From Ruditapes philippinarum (lineage: Eukaryota), in the NCBI RefSeq assembly GCF_026571515.1, contig NW_026866323.1:1-64000 (forward strand): a DNA stretch of 64,000 nt. The letters are read 5' to 3'. Made by a program: the position numbers and the translations under genes. This document shows, piece after piece, positions 46,658-59,871 of this stretch (position 1 is the stretch's first letter; each line of letters opens with the position of its first letter). The notes beneath the pieces are model-generated. The model searched no databases. It had not been told where the DNA came from and worked only from the letters and a program-made list of their open reading frames with translations.

Positions 46658-49600
46658 ATGGCTTTAGATCCAATAATCGCGCGTCATAAATTATTACTAA
46701 CAACAATTAAAGACGAGTTTGACACTGACAGTAGCGAATATGCTAGTTTTATAGAACACTTTAAAGGATACGTTCCTCGTGGACAACTTGCTGCAAAGAA
46801 GGAATTACTGGGTAAATTTGATGCATTGGCGTCAAGAGGACATTTGGGACCAGGGAAATATGATGTTTTAAAAAAGATCAGTGAGGATAGCGGCAACAAT
46901 AACATAACTACACTGATTGAAAAAGCAGAAGAAGATATAAGCGTACTTCGTAAAAGTTCAGGTAACTTTATACATGCATTTTTTTCTAAAGCGAACAAAT
47001 TCATGGAAAATAATAAAACAATAGTATTAGATATACATGACATGAAGCTAGGTTAACTTTATACAAACATGTTTATCAGTGAGTCAGATGATATCACTCC
47101 AGTTAAGTACACCGGAATTTAATCTGATTGTTTTATCAATACATGTACTTCTACTTAACATAAATAAGCTCGAAAAAACATGAAATTATGTGACCTTGTA
47201 CGTCGGCTCATTGGGACTCTACTTTAAAATACTAAAATGCTAGATTTTGAGTTACAGTCTCGCTTCATATGGGAGATACTGACCATCGATAAAATAATTG
47301 AGCCGCGTCACGACAAAACCAACGTAATGCGTTTGCGACCAGCATGGATCCAGACCAGCCTGCGCATCCGCGCAGTCTGATCATGATCCATGCTGTTCAC
47401 TTACAAACCCTATTACAAGTAGAGAAACTGATAGCGAACAGCATGGATTCTGATCAGACTGCGCGGATGCGCAGGCTGGTCTGGATCCATGCTGGTCGCA
47501 AACGTATTACGTTGGTTTTGTCGTGACGCGGCTCATAAACACGTTGCAACTCGAATCTACCATTAGTTAGACTATTTATGAGCATGTTTAACCAACAAAG
47601 GTTTATTCTTTTTTACACATATTTATTATCGATTGTGTAAAGAAAGGGTTTGAAATCTCTTTAGAATGCCTTTCCTTGAACTAACAAGAACCAGTGTATT
47701 ATGCGGAAAATTAACAATATTTATTCAAAATTCATTTTTCATTTCTCGTATATCACAGATAGTAATGGCCAGCAGGGCTCAAGCACCGCACCACCGAGGT
47801 CAAGACCGACAGGACGAGATGCTACAAACGGTACGGTATAAGACATTCGTGCTTTCATTAAATATGGTTAAATTTAAATTGCATTATGCATTTTATTAAA
47901 TATATTGAAGTTATTTTAATATTTTTTATCTATTTTCACAAAATTTCCTAAAGGTTTTGGGTTTGGAAGTATAACATTTTCACTGAGACATAACGGAAAT
48001 CTCCCTAAAGATCAAATTGTACGACCATTGATCCCTGTTAAAAATAACAGACCAACATATATAAAGCCTTTATAACAAACAGTATAAAACACAATAACGT
48101 ACTCAGCTATTGAAGTGGTATTGTGTAAAAATAGAAGCCGGTGAATTGTTCAATTTTGTAGTAGTAACTTGATATATAACAATTTTTTTTTTTCTGCTTT
48201 GAGCTAAAGCCTTTGTTCATAAACAAAGAGTTTAGCTGTCAGTCTTAAGTTGTCTTCTGTTCAACTGTTAACATGTCTTTATTAACGTCGTTGAATCATA
48301 TGTTTAGCTAATCTTATAAGGGAATGTATTTCTTTAGAAAATGTATTAGAAATTGTTTTTTAGAAAATGTTTTAAAAAAATGCACTTCTAAAAAAGACGT
48401 ATTCAGAAAGTTTCTATGGTTTTAGTTCGAGGTTTATTATTAAGTGTAAGCTCCTGTCGAGGTCTCAAGAATTAATGATGTTACATTTTTATGTTTACAG
48501 ATGGACCATCATCCAAACGTGCTCGAACAGGTTTGATAATTCAACATCAAATTATACATTAGTACCCTGATAATAGTTTGCCATATATTTACTCTAAACA
48601 TAAATACATGCTTGTCACATGTTCAGGAGTCTATGCAATAACTGGCAATCCAAACGAAAAATAAAGCAAAAATCATATTCACATATTCGTATGCTGACGT
48701 TTAGAGAAACCAAAGTCTTTATCATAGAACGCACGTCCCCTTTAATACGCGTGCTAGTAGTTTTTAGCAGTTTAAATGATTATTTCGTACACACGCCAAA
48801 TTTACAAATATCATGGTTTAAACTGATTTATTATCGTAGGAATTTTATCAAGATAAAAAACAAATATTGTACCGACCACAAGAGATCTTTATGCCCTTTT
48901 AAATGTGCTTAACTTTATAAAAGCTATGTTATAAATTTATTACCAACTTGAATGATAACTCGTATTTTACAATTTTAATTGAAATTGTTACTTTACTTAA
49001 ATGGTTATATCTTGACACATGTAAATTTCTATAATCTTGTTTATATTTTACATAATTTTAACTTTTTGTTTATAAATGTAGAGTTAGATAACCCAGACCC
49101 ACTTTATCGTCGTCATGGCAACCATGGGTATTGGGACAACACAGGGAAAAAAGGTTTATTACTGATTCTTAACTTCAAAGAAAATAGAGCAGGTGAGGAA
49201 GAATTTTATGCGTGTATTATAAATCCTTAAATCTTGATCAGTCTCATTTTCTTATTCCTTTATTTTGACTAAAAACGTTTGTGGAATAAAAAATTACAAC
49301 TGTAAATGTCTCATAAAAAAGTTTGTTTTTTTTGTTTGCTCTAGCCGATGCATTAAAAAACTCGTGATGATTATTTAAATGCATATTTTTTGTAAAAGAT
49401 TGTAAAAGCTATTTTCTTTTGTATTCTTTTTGTCTTTAAAATTTTAATTATAGAAACCGAAGCTCAGTGACTTAAAAGGCAGACTTTTCTTAATATAAAT
49501 AATATTCAGTTTCTTTAACCGTTATGTCTGCAAATATATGATTTTTATGATATATTTTCACGTTTTATCAATGCCATTTTCGTAATTTATATGTTCACAT

Positions 49601-52600
49601 ATGCAGTATTTCTAATCATTATGCTATATTTAGTTCATAAAGTATGCATTTTATAAATGACATTTGTTATGATATTTTACAATAGATGAAACATAAATCA
49701 GTTATACTTATTTCATACTACATGTGAACAAGTATAGGCATTGTATATCTGTATTGTTTAACTTGATACATGAAACTAGAGCATTTACTTAGTCGGCGGT
49801 AGTGTTGAAATATGGAAAGTATATAATAAACTCAGTCAAATTTGCATACACAATATAAGAGAAGTGTCGCATTAATGGTGATAATTCATTAATTTCTTAT
49901 CCTATTAATAACAGGTCTTCACTATTGATTAGTAACGTAAATAAGTACACAAATCTTGACATGTTAATGTCACACTGACAAGCCAGCAGGTTTAATAAAG
50001 TAAAATATTGAAAAAGGATCTTTCTAATTTTATCTTTAAAAAATAGGGACAGATTTGGATGTGGACAGGTTGAAAGATTTTTTTGGTCCAGCTCGACTGA
50101 ATTTTGAAATATTGGATCCAAGGCAAGGAGAACTACATGATTTATCGACAAGCCAAGTGGAAGCAGCTCTAGAGTCTGTTCAAAATAAACTGAATGACAA
50201 ATATCACAAACCTTACTACTGCTTCGTGTGCGTTATTTTGAGCCATGGTGACGAGGTATAACTATTATAATTATTATCAGTCTGTTGAGTGTGTTCTCAA
50301 TTCTTCTAAATATCTTAAATTGGAAAAAAATTCTTTGTATATTTACTTAAAAAAAGTAAAGAATTGCATTTTGGTTTTGAAATTACATGTATATTGTAGT
50401 ATACATACAATTTATGATGATGTAGATATACGTACCATGTTATATAGCTGGCCACTCTGTATAAGCCTCATAAATACCAAGTAGTGTACAATAGTCGCTC
50501 GTAGTGAATAAACGTATAATACATACCCTGTGTTACTTACTGGTTCTCGCCCCCCCAGGGATATATATACAGATGTAACATATATGATTATTTTTCATTA
50601 ATTAAGGTAGGAATAAAGACCAGGGGAGATGGCAGAAAGTCAATAGACGAAATACAGAAAAGTTTCAATAACAAAAATATACCTAACTTTGCAGGTTTGT
50701 TATTTGCTTTATTTGTGATATCATTTTCTGCTCGAAATTAGTCCAATCCTTGATACGTAAGTACACAGAAAAGTTATAGGTATAGACAAGTTTGGTAAAA
50801 CATGGCACTCCCCCTTTGGGTATACAAGTTGAAGTACAATGGTAGCCCATATAGAAATAAATAACTAAATTTCAATTTCGAAATTGATTTAGCATTTTTT
50901 TACAGTTATTCAGACATTGACATGTTTGAGTTATCATTTGTTTCCATTTCAGATTTGATACTTTGTTCTTTGATCATAATGTCTTGTACATTAAATATTT
51001 TCTGTCTGATTGATAGGAAGACATTTATCCACAAATCATTGAAATATTTATGTATACAATGTATATAACATGCAGTGATATGTTTGAAACGTCATAACTA
51101 CCTTCAAGTTGATATTTTAAAACGAAGCGAAATAGTTGTACCAGTATAAAATCTAATTGAATGCTATTAAAGTTTAGATTTGACCGGCATATGTTTTTTT
51201 CTAATATAAAATAACCAGTTTTTGTTTATCCTTAGAAATGAGGGTAAGACATCATTTTCTGGTTAAACATTACCTAAATAGTTTTTATTTCAGGAAGACC
51301 TAAACTGTTTTTCATACAAGCATGTAGGGGACATAGAGATCAAACTGGACAATATGTAGACGACTCAGATGATGCTCAGGAGGATGAAAACAATGCAAAC
51401 AATGGCAAGGACGAGGCTGATGACCTAATACACATTCCTACAGATGCTGACACTCTTACTGCTTTTGCCACCACTTTAGGTAATGTTCTAATTGGAATTG
51501 AGCCGCGCCATGACAAAACCAACATAATGGGTTTGCGACCAGCATGGATCCAGACCAGCCTGCGCATCCGCGCAGTCTGATCAGGATCCATGCTGTTCGC
51601 TTACAAACTCTATAACAAGTAGAGAAACTGATAGCGAACAGCATGGATCCTGATCAGACTGCGCGGATGCGCAGGCTGGTCTGGATCCATGCTGGTCGCA
51701 AACGCATTATGTTGGTTTTGTCATGGCGCGGCTCATATAGAATTCAATTCAACTTTGCTTTAGTTGATTGCTTGGAAACCAAACGTATTCTTTGAGATGC
51801 ATTGTTTGCTATTTTTCAAGTTAGCATACCAATAATTATTTTTAGTTCTTTTTTTATTGATAATTTGGTTATTAATGTAGGTCATTAACATGATCTTTAT
51901 AGATTTAAAATTGACCCTTCCAGACAGGTATTATAATAATAAACCTCGTGAAAATATATTTGTTTCGATAGTTCAAATGCAGAGTTACCTTTAGAGATCC
52001 TGTAACACAATTTTTTATGGTTTTGTATCATAAATATGATGCTCAAATTAAGATTTATCAATTTTGTAAGTTCCAAGAAGCATTATCTATAAAGATATTA
52101 CCGAATTTAACGTTTCATGTAAATAAAGGGAGGTTATCAAAATTTATTTTCTATAAAGTTTTAGTCAATTTTTTTTTTAAATATGAAATGACAATCAAAT
52201 TTTTCAATAAGAAATGGATGAATATATTTTATTGATTACATATAATATATACAAATATTTGCAGTACATATTTTACATATTCTTCGATGTTTGAAAAATG
52301 TTTATTAGCATAATTATATACATATATATATTTTCACTTTAAGTATGGAATACAAACTCAATTTCATTTAATCAAAATTCGTGCCGGAATGGTGAAGTGC
52401 CAGTCTAGAAACGTTTGACTTTAATCTCGTTACTTTCTCCTCATGTTTTGAACGGATGTACTGACTGTCTTTGACTTTATCTCGTTACTTTCTTCTCATG
52501 TTTTGAACGGATGTACTGACTGTCGTTGTATTTCATAAACAGGTCACAGATCATTTAGAAGAAGTGGTATCGGATCATGGTTTATCACAGAGTGTATGAA

Positions 52601-52763
52601 CGTGTTCACAAGAGATCATATACAAGATCATGTCGAGGAGATGCTGATTACAGTTCGAGAGAATGTTGCTTTAAATTGGGTAAAAGATGACGGGAAAACT
52701 AAGCAAATGCCGTGTGTGACTAGCACTTTAACTAAACGGCTTATGTTCACAAAGTCTGAGTAG
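46658..52763 (+). CDS. Caspase (peptidase C14A) with a single DED-like N-terminal domain, 406 aa, 8 exons
   Basis: Exons 46658-46961, 47759-47830, 48501-48530, 49082-49192, 50047-50255, 50607-50694, 51294-51479, 52543-52763 (1221 nt, in frame). Motifs: GLLLILNF..NRAGTDLD, CVILSHG (catalytic His), GRPKLFFIQACRG (catalytic Cys), IPTDADTL, SFRRSGIGSWFI, KQMPCVTSTLTKRL. The small exons 2 and 3 are the least certain. Confidence 0.94.
47300..47534. mobile_element. 235-bp palindromic MITE, copy 6
   Basis: Same family, located in caspase intron 1. Confidence 0.9.
51500..51734. mobile_element. 235-bp palindromic MITE, copy 7
   Basis: Same family, 20 bp into caspase intron 7. Confidence 0.9.
52414..52524. 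repeat. ~56-bp tandem duplication
   Basis: TTTGACTTTA(A)TCTCGTTACTTTCT(C/T)CTCATGTTTTGAACGGATGTACTGACTGTC twice, just upstream of the last caspase acceptor. Confidence 0.9.
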
Positions 52764-52912
52764 CTTTCTCAACATTTGCCTTCTGTTGTACATGTTTTTA
52801 TTGTAATGTCACTTGTACGAGATATGTTTCACTTATTGTTTGATTTCATTTGTGTTGTTTTTGATGATATATATATGATATAAGATGATATCTCTTCATT
52901 ATAATTGTACAT

Positions 52913-53262
52913 TTAAGTATAATGCCTCCAGATTCATGCTAATTTTTATGAAAATTTAAAAACATGATCACATGTATCTAAAAGACAAATATTGTGAAAA
53001 AGACAAAAAATCAATTTACTCATTACTAATGACACTTACATCAGGCAAAAATTGCTGAGAAGAAGTGAAAATATGCAAAAATAACCCTTAATTCGTTAGT
53101 CACGCAGTAGAAATATAGTTTTAAATTCTGAAAAAAAATCCGTCATTAATCGCATAAATAACATGTTTATTTTGTATTACTTTTCCTAAAATCATAGTAC
53201 ATTTTTCTGATGCTGGATTTTATTGAAATATTTTGGCTTATCTGGAGGCATGCAGCTTTTAA
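52913..53262. mobile_element. TTAA-flanked MITE, same family
   Basis: TTAAGTATAATGCCTCCAGAT ... ATCTGGAGGCATGCAGCTTTTAA, 150 bp after the caspase stop codon. Confidence 0.6.
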
Positions 53263-54363
53263 AAAAAACTTTTTGGGCGAGATTACTTCTTCTGAAACAA
53301 AATATACTGATTTTATTGTTTTAAAAATGATATGACTTTGTTCAAACGCATTACGGTTTGAATCATTATTATGTGGTTGTTGTGACATTGATGAACTGAC
53401 CCTTCTATTCTTACACATGTTATGTCTTTAAAACATTGCTTGTCAACAATTTATACTTTTTCTAAGTATTTTGAACTTGGTGTATGGGTATGCTTTGATG
53501 TTTTCTAGGGGATGAAAAAAGTCTAAAAATGTGATTCTAGTCATCTCAATTAAAATAGAACAATATCTTGTACATGTATGTTATAATGATACAATTATGT
53601 TTAATATGCCCTAGACCTTAATAAGGTTCAATCAAAATTATACTCCTCAACTGTAAATTTTCTTCAGAATATGAGATAATATTTTTTACGATGATCGTAA
53701 GTGAAGGTAGAATGGTAAATTGTATAACAAAAACTGTAACTTTTTCACAATCTATATCTAGTTTTGGCCATCACACTGGACTTACAATGTTTAACATTTA
53801 GCTTGACGGAACCGAAAGTGGTTAGTTTTGCAAACAGTATGGAGGCAGGTCAGTATGTCCATCAGTCTTACAAAGCTTTATAAAGTCCAGTGTGTGATAC
53901 AATATTCAGTTTATTTAAAAAACTGTTGAACATCATCTAAATGAAAGACTCTTTATGTCTTTTATCACCTTTCATCTATATATTGGCTACTTAAAAACAT
54001 TTGCGGATTTTAGCTCGTAATTTCCAAAGTATGCATGCGCTATTGTTTTTATCAATTAAGAGATATGTTAATATTCTATGTATCGAAGGTCTAATTAAGA
54101 ATACTTCATTAGCGTTTGGCGTGCAGATTTCACCTTTTTATTTCAAAAGTATTCATATGTTTTTATCCATTTAAAGTTATATAAATATTCAATGTGTCTA
54201 AGGTTTAAGATAAGGCAGCAATTTATATGTGAACATATTGTTGATCTCTGGTCCAGTTTATATTTGACCATCTTACATTTAAATTATGCTTTGATCATAA
54301 AGTTTCAGTCTTTTTTGGGTACATTACGCAATTATGAATATAGAACTGTAGTTGTTAATATTT

Positions 54364-54598
54364 GAGCCGTGTCATGACAAAACCAACATAATGGGTTTGC
54401 GACCAGCATGGATCCAGACCAGCCTGCGCATCCGCGCAGTCTGATCAGGATCCATGCTGTTCGCTTTTCAACCCTATTACAAGTAGAGAAACTGATAGCG
54501 AACAGCATGGATCCTGATCAGACTGCGCTGATGCGCAGGCTGGTCTGGATCCATGCTGGTCGCAAACGCACTATGTTGGTTTTGTCGTGACACGGCTC
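54364..54598. mobile_element. 235-bp palindromic MITE, copy 8
   Basis: Same family, ATTT target duplication. Confidence 0.9.
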
Positions 54599-56867
54599 AT
54601 TTCTTGTTTTGATCATTTTTGAATTACCACACGATGCATACATTTAATCATTTATGCACGTAAAATACTTTCTGACTATTTTGTTTCGATTTAAACTGAA
54701 ATCTATAATTATTTCACTTACAATAAATTTTACTTTTAAGGATCTTTTATTACTTTTTTCAATAATCAAATCAAAAAGTTTTTATTCAATAGACAGCTCG
54801 GGATTTCTTATTCAATTTTTAATTGTCTATATTTTTTCGATAGATATATAAATCTAATTTGATATTTTTACTTTTGTTTTTACTCACTTAATTTAAGTAT
54901 ATTGGTATTGTCTTTGAGTCTCTCCATGTTATTACTTGTAACTATTTCATATGTACATATAATAAAGAACATCTATCATATTTTTGTTTAATTTACTCTT
55001 TCACATAATCTGTTGGATTCATTCTCAAAAAAAAAAGATTTTTTTATTATAAACCTCCAACTTATTATCTTTGTATCGAATGTCGGCTGATGGTCTTTGA
55101 CCTTTGACAATGTCGTTGATTAATTATCTATGGCATGGTAGTGATCCATGATTGTCTGATGTTCTTTGCTTTATGTTAAACTTTTTATCTAATCCGTAGA
55201 AATATCTTTATTTCAATTTTTGGCAAATGAAACAATCAGTAGTTTAGATCATTTCCTCATAAATATGAGGCTCAAATGAAGATTCACAGTATCGGAAGTT
55301 CTAAAAAGCATTATTTAAAAAGATATTACCGAATTTAAATTTCATATAAATAAAGGGAGGTAACGAGAAATTTATTTTCGATAAAGTCTAAGTAAGAAAT
55401 GAATGCATGTATTTCAATATTTTAATGATTACATATATTGCGTATTAACATTGGATTTTCAAGAAATAACATTGTGACTGTCCACTCGAAGTATTTTACA
55501 GTTTTAATATAAATCTATTAAAGTTAGGATAACCTTCGCATAGTTTATATATTGTTTGTGGTATTCAAGTGAGTAAGTAATATTTAATTATAAAACAGAA
55601 CATTATGTCAGTGAATTAATCCACCTCATGATGGCACCATCAGAGGACGGGATAATAATTACATCGATCACATTTTGTTCTAAAGTCAAGTAAGCCGGAT
55701 GAGCCACCGATATTGGTATGAAAATGCTGACGTAATTCAGAAATTGGACCAGAGACAGTTGTGATCTTTTTTTTAAATAAATTATATGTATTCGTACATG
55801 AGAAGTCGCAGTAGCAGCATTTGGAGAGTATGAAATACCTGTGTTGGGTGTTGTAATGGAAATTGTCCGCAGTTTTCATGAATTTTCTGTCAATTGACGT
55901 TGGCATAGTAAATTAACGCACAAAAGAAATATGATTTAAATAAAAGACGAAAGTTTAATACTGTACTGCACGCTATCGTACTTGTATACTTCATTTGTCG
56001 CACCTAAATAATATCAAGACATGCTTTTAGACATTTTTAAACTAGGATATGTATTCTTGCCAATACGATTGGCCTTTGAAAAACTACGCATAACATGTTA
56101 ATAAACAATTTTATTAAAAGTTACATAGAAGTAAAATGTACTTCATTCACTTCATGCTAATTCTTATGTTAATATAGTCTTTTGTAACGACTTAATTATT
56201 TTAAGTAATTAATTACATCAATTTCCCATATGGCTGTTTTCCAAGGACACATAAATTTAGATATTATTTGTAAACCAGTATAAAATATCTCAATTTATAT
56301 CTTATATAGTTCATATAAATTTCGAAACAGATCTAATTTTTATGAGTGAATATAATGGTAGTAGCTCTAATCAAACTTATTGCGTTTGTCTCCCTTTAAC
56401 TGCTGATTTTGTTATAAACACACTATAAAGTTTCAGGGATTTCAATAACAATATACAAAAAAATAGTAATAGGCCGAGGTCAGACTATACGGATTATATC
56501 AATAAAAAGAACAGTTATGAATACATAATTTTAACATTATATAATAACACTTGGTAACTTTGATTCCTTATTGTATTACATTATCGTATTAAATTATGTA
56601 CATTAAAAAAAGTGTTTCATTCAAGCTCAAGTTTACAAATCACTAGTTCCTCTGCATGTTTGTGTACTAGCAAAGTAGCACTTGTAACCAAGACTATTCT
56701 CAACAACTATATAAACTGCATCATTTACTGGATTTACCAGTCGCTGTCTCAATCAAAGGGTTTTGTTACAATTTCTATGCATATGTACATGTACTATATA
56801 TAAAGGCTAGGGTATGACCTTCAAACACACTATGAAATCCAATTTCAATATTGAGTTGTGTTTCCTA

Positions 56868-57521
56868 CGGAAACGTATAGCGACCACCCCTATATGCTAG
56901 TAAAAACAGAATTTTTGACAATTTATTTAATACATATTATTTACCTAACCAATTTTTACAAACTTACTTGATCTGAAATATGTATCTAGTAATATTAACC
57001 GTCTTTGAATGTTAGTGAAACAGAATTTTAGACAATTTATTTAACACATGATATATATTTGACCGATATTTTAATTGTTATTTGATATTGAATATATATT
57101 TTTTACCCGATCTGCTGTTAATATTGCTCGATTAAAATTTATGTGAGTTTTTTTCTGTTCATTTATATGTATTAGTTATATATATTTGAGGTTTTTTTAT
57201 TATAATATAACATATTTTACAGTTTAAATATAATAAGGACAGAAAAATCCCACGCAATTTATAAAGGAAGCAATTAAATCAAGTTATGTTGTAAATCATA
57301 TATAATACGTATTTTTTCGTAATCTATAGTACGTTTTTTATCTTATAATGCAAGATTAACTTCTTTTAACTTTCTGACAAAATGAAAAAATAATACACTT
57401 ACATCTTTTTGAATATGTATTTCTTTCCTCAAATCATATTAACATATAACAAACATACTATAAAACTATAAAGAATGTCATTTGATATATATCATATAGG
57501 GGTGGTCGCTATACGTTTCCG
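56868..57521. mobile_element. TA-flanked MITE with perfect 29-bp TIRs
   Basis: TA|CGGAAACGTATAGCGACCACCCCTATATG ... CATATAGGGGTGGTCGCTATACGTTTCCG|TA around an AT-rich interior. Confidence 0.88.
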
Positions 57522-57977
57522 TAGTTTCCGGACTAAGAACTTTGGCCGCTATAGATTACATAATGTGGGATACCATCATACTGGGACGAGTATCAAGTAT
57601 GGAATCACTATTGAAGATTTATTTTTTTATGACGCTAAAAATGGTCTAAAAGATTACATATCTGGAAATTACAATTTTCAAAAAGTACATGTATTCCACA
57701 TTTTCACAAACTTTAATTGGGAGTGCAAATATTCCATTACGATAGCTAGCTTTTAAATACACACGTGCATTATTTATAAATGCGGATGACGCCATTTGTG
57801 TCAAATTTTCTAGATTTTATAAATACAATATTGTATAAGCAATCTTAATGACTTATGTCATTTAGCAAACCCGAAACTAAAATAGTGAACGTGTTTATGA
57901 AGGATATTCTTATCAAATCTTTTTTGAATATGATAACTACTGTGGAACAAAGGTGACATGTGTGTGTTTTTATTACG

Positions 57978-58117
57978 CTCGTGCGCACGAGATACTTTGT
58001 CGTGGCCACGAGTTGCTAAGTCGTGGCCACTATAGCTAAGTCGTGGCCACGAGATATTATGTCGTAGCCACGAGTTACTAAGTCGTGGCCACGAGATAGC
58101 TAAGTCGTGGCCACGAA
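57978..58117. repeat. Same 21-bp minisatellite family, opposite orientation (also about 58717-58763)
   Basis: TAAGTCGTGGCCACGAG units. Confidence 0.85.
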
Positions 58118-59871
58118 ATAAATAACCAATCAGATTACACCATTTATATGTATTTTCCTATTTAACTAGACATGTGCTATAGTACAAGGATGCCCCTACT
58201 TCACTAGCCTTTAAAATGCCATTATACAACTTATTGACTGGTCAATAATTTTAGCGTCATTGTAACCCTGATTTTTTACCCAATGACCTCAAAATTATTA
58301 GATGTCATCTACTGATCAGGTGCAATGATCTTTCTGGGATATTTAAACAATGGCTTATCCCTTCTAAATTATTCATCAGACAAGAATTTTACCTTATAGG
58401 CTATCTAGTGTCCATGGGCAATGTCCCTCCCAAATAAAATAAACCAGGACTTATATTCCTACTCATGTTATGGTATAAACAATGTTAACAGGTCGTAGTA
58501 CGTACAAACTGACCAATTCGATCACAAAATTGTCCTAAAAAAGAGCTATAGTCAAAATTAATGTCTGATGGGCCTTGAAAGATGACTTTCTAATATGATC
58601 CTAAAGACAAGGTCAAAGTGAATATTTTCAGTATTTTCAAAGATTAATGTTGCATGTAAAAGTAAGTTGTTAAGTTTAAAAAATAATAATATATGGTGTA
58701 TTCTGATTGGTTAATTAACTCGTGACCACGACATTGTATCTCGTGCCCACGACTTAATTATCTCTTGGTTCTTGCCAAACAGTATGGCAAAGCTTTTTGA
58801 GAGCAAATAATTATTTTCTTAAATAACAGCACCCTAAAAAATATTTTCCAATTTACCCGAACATTTGATTCGATAAATTGATTGGTTAGCAGCGCTTTGT
58901 TTTCCTGTGAAGAATTATACATTCATGTAAGATATATATTTAAAAAAATTAAAGGTTGTTTCTCTAAAAATCATCATATAAAAATTTTCATGAAAATAAT
59001 TTGCAATATTTGTTATATTTCATGGTATCTTAAAAGACAGTAATTGCATAACTTAATAATGTAATTTTAAAAGACATAAATGGCATCGGTCATTCAAATG
59101 ATTACATATTACGTAATGAATAGAGTGAAACATAACTTGGTTAAGAAGAAAATAGAGCACTCCTAACGACCCGACACTTACTTTGAAATACTGTATGTCC
59201 ACAACAAAGTTAGCAAAGTTAGCAACGGTGGTAATAAATGTTTTACGTTTCGTTTAAAACCATTTTAAAGATGTTAGAAAATAATATTTTGTTTCATCGT
59301 TTTGGATAAACATAGTCTTAAACGAACTATTGATATCAGCGATATACAGTTTTTAAATAGCAAAGAAGCATAAGCTATTTATATAAATGTTGGTGTGCAT
59401 TATACAGTTAACATTATGATATTTTGTTAAATGTAATTGTACTCTTCACATTGACAGCGGTTTTCTAACATTTTTCATATTTTACATGAATAGAGATTCA
59501 TGTGTTGTGCTATTGTGTTATATTGATCGGTATGAGATAGGCGCTGATTTTGACAATCATTTTATGAACGTTTAAAATCTTAAAAACCACAGGCGAAAAA
59601 TATTTATAATCGGAAAAAAAAACTTGGAACATTAATGCAGCTTATGTCTTACTGTTAGTATTTCTATCTTTTTCGTAGAAATAACAAAAGAAAACACACA
59701 CACAAACTATTTTAAAAAGAAAGAAAGAAATGACAACAACTTGTACTTTCATTATCTTTACTATCGCAATATCAGTTAATTGCATATAAAAGACACACCA
59801 TTAAGGCATTATAATGTCATTAAATATTCCATTATCAAAATGACATTTACCAGCTATAAACATATTACTAC

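Noticed and set aside
46684-47043. 119-aa minus-strand ORF, and similar ORFs at 42043, 44568, 13141 and 61584
   Set aside because: These are antisense shadows of real exons.
13699-54590. Recurrent ORFs MDPDQPAH... / [10 protein letters not shown]... that look like a multigene peptide family
   Set aside because: All fall within copies of the 235-bp palindromic MITE.
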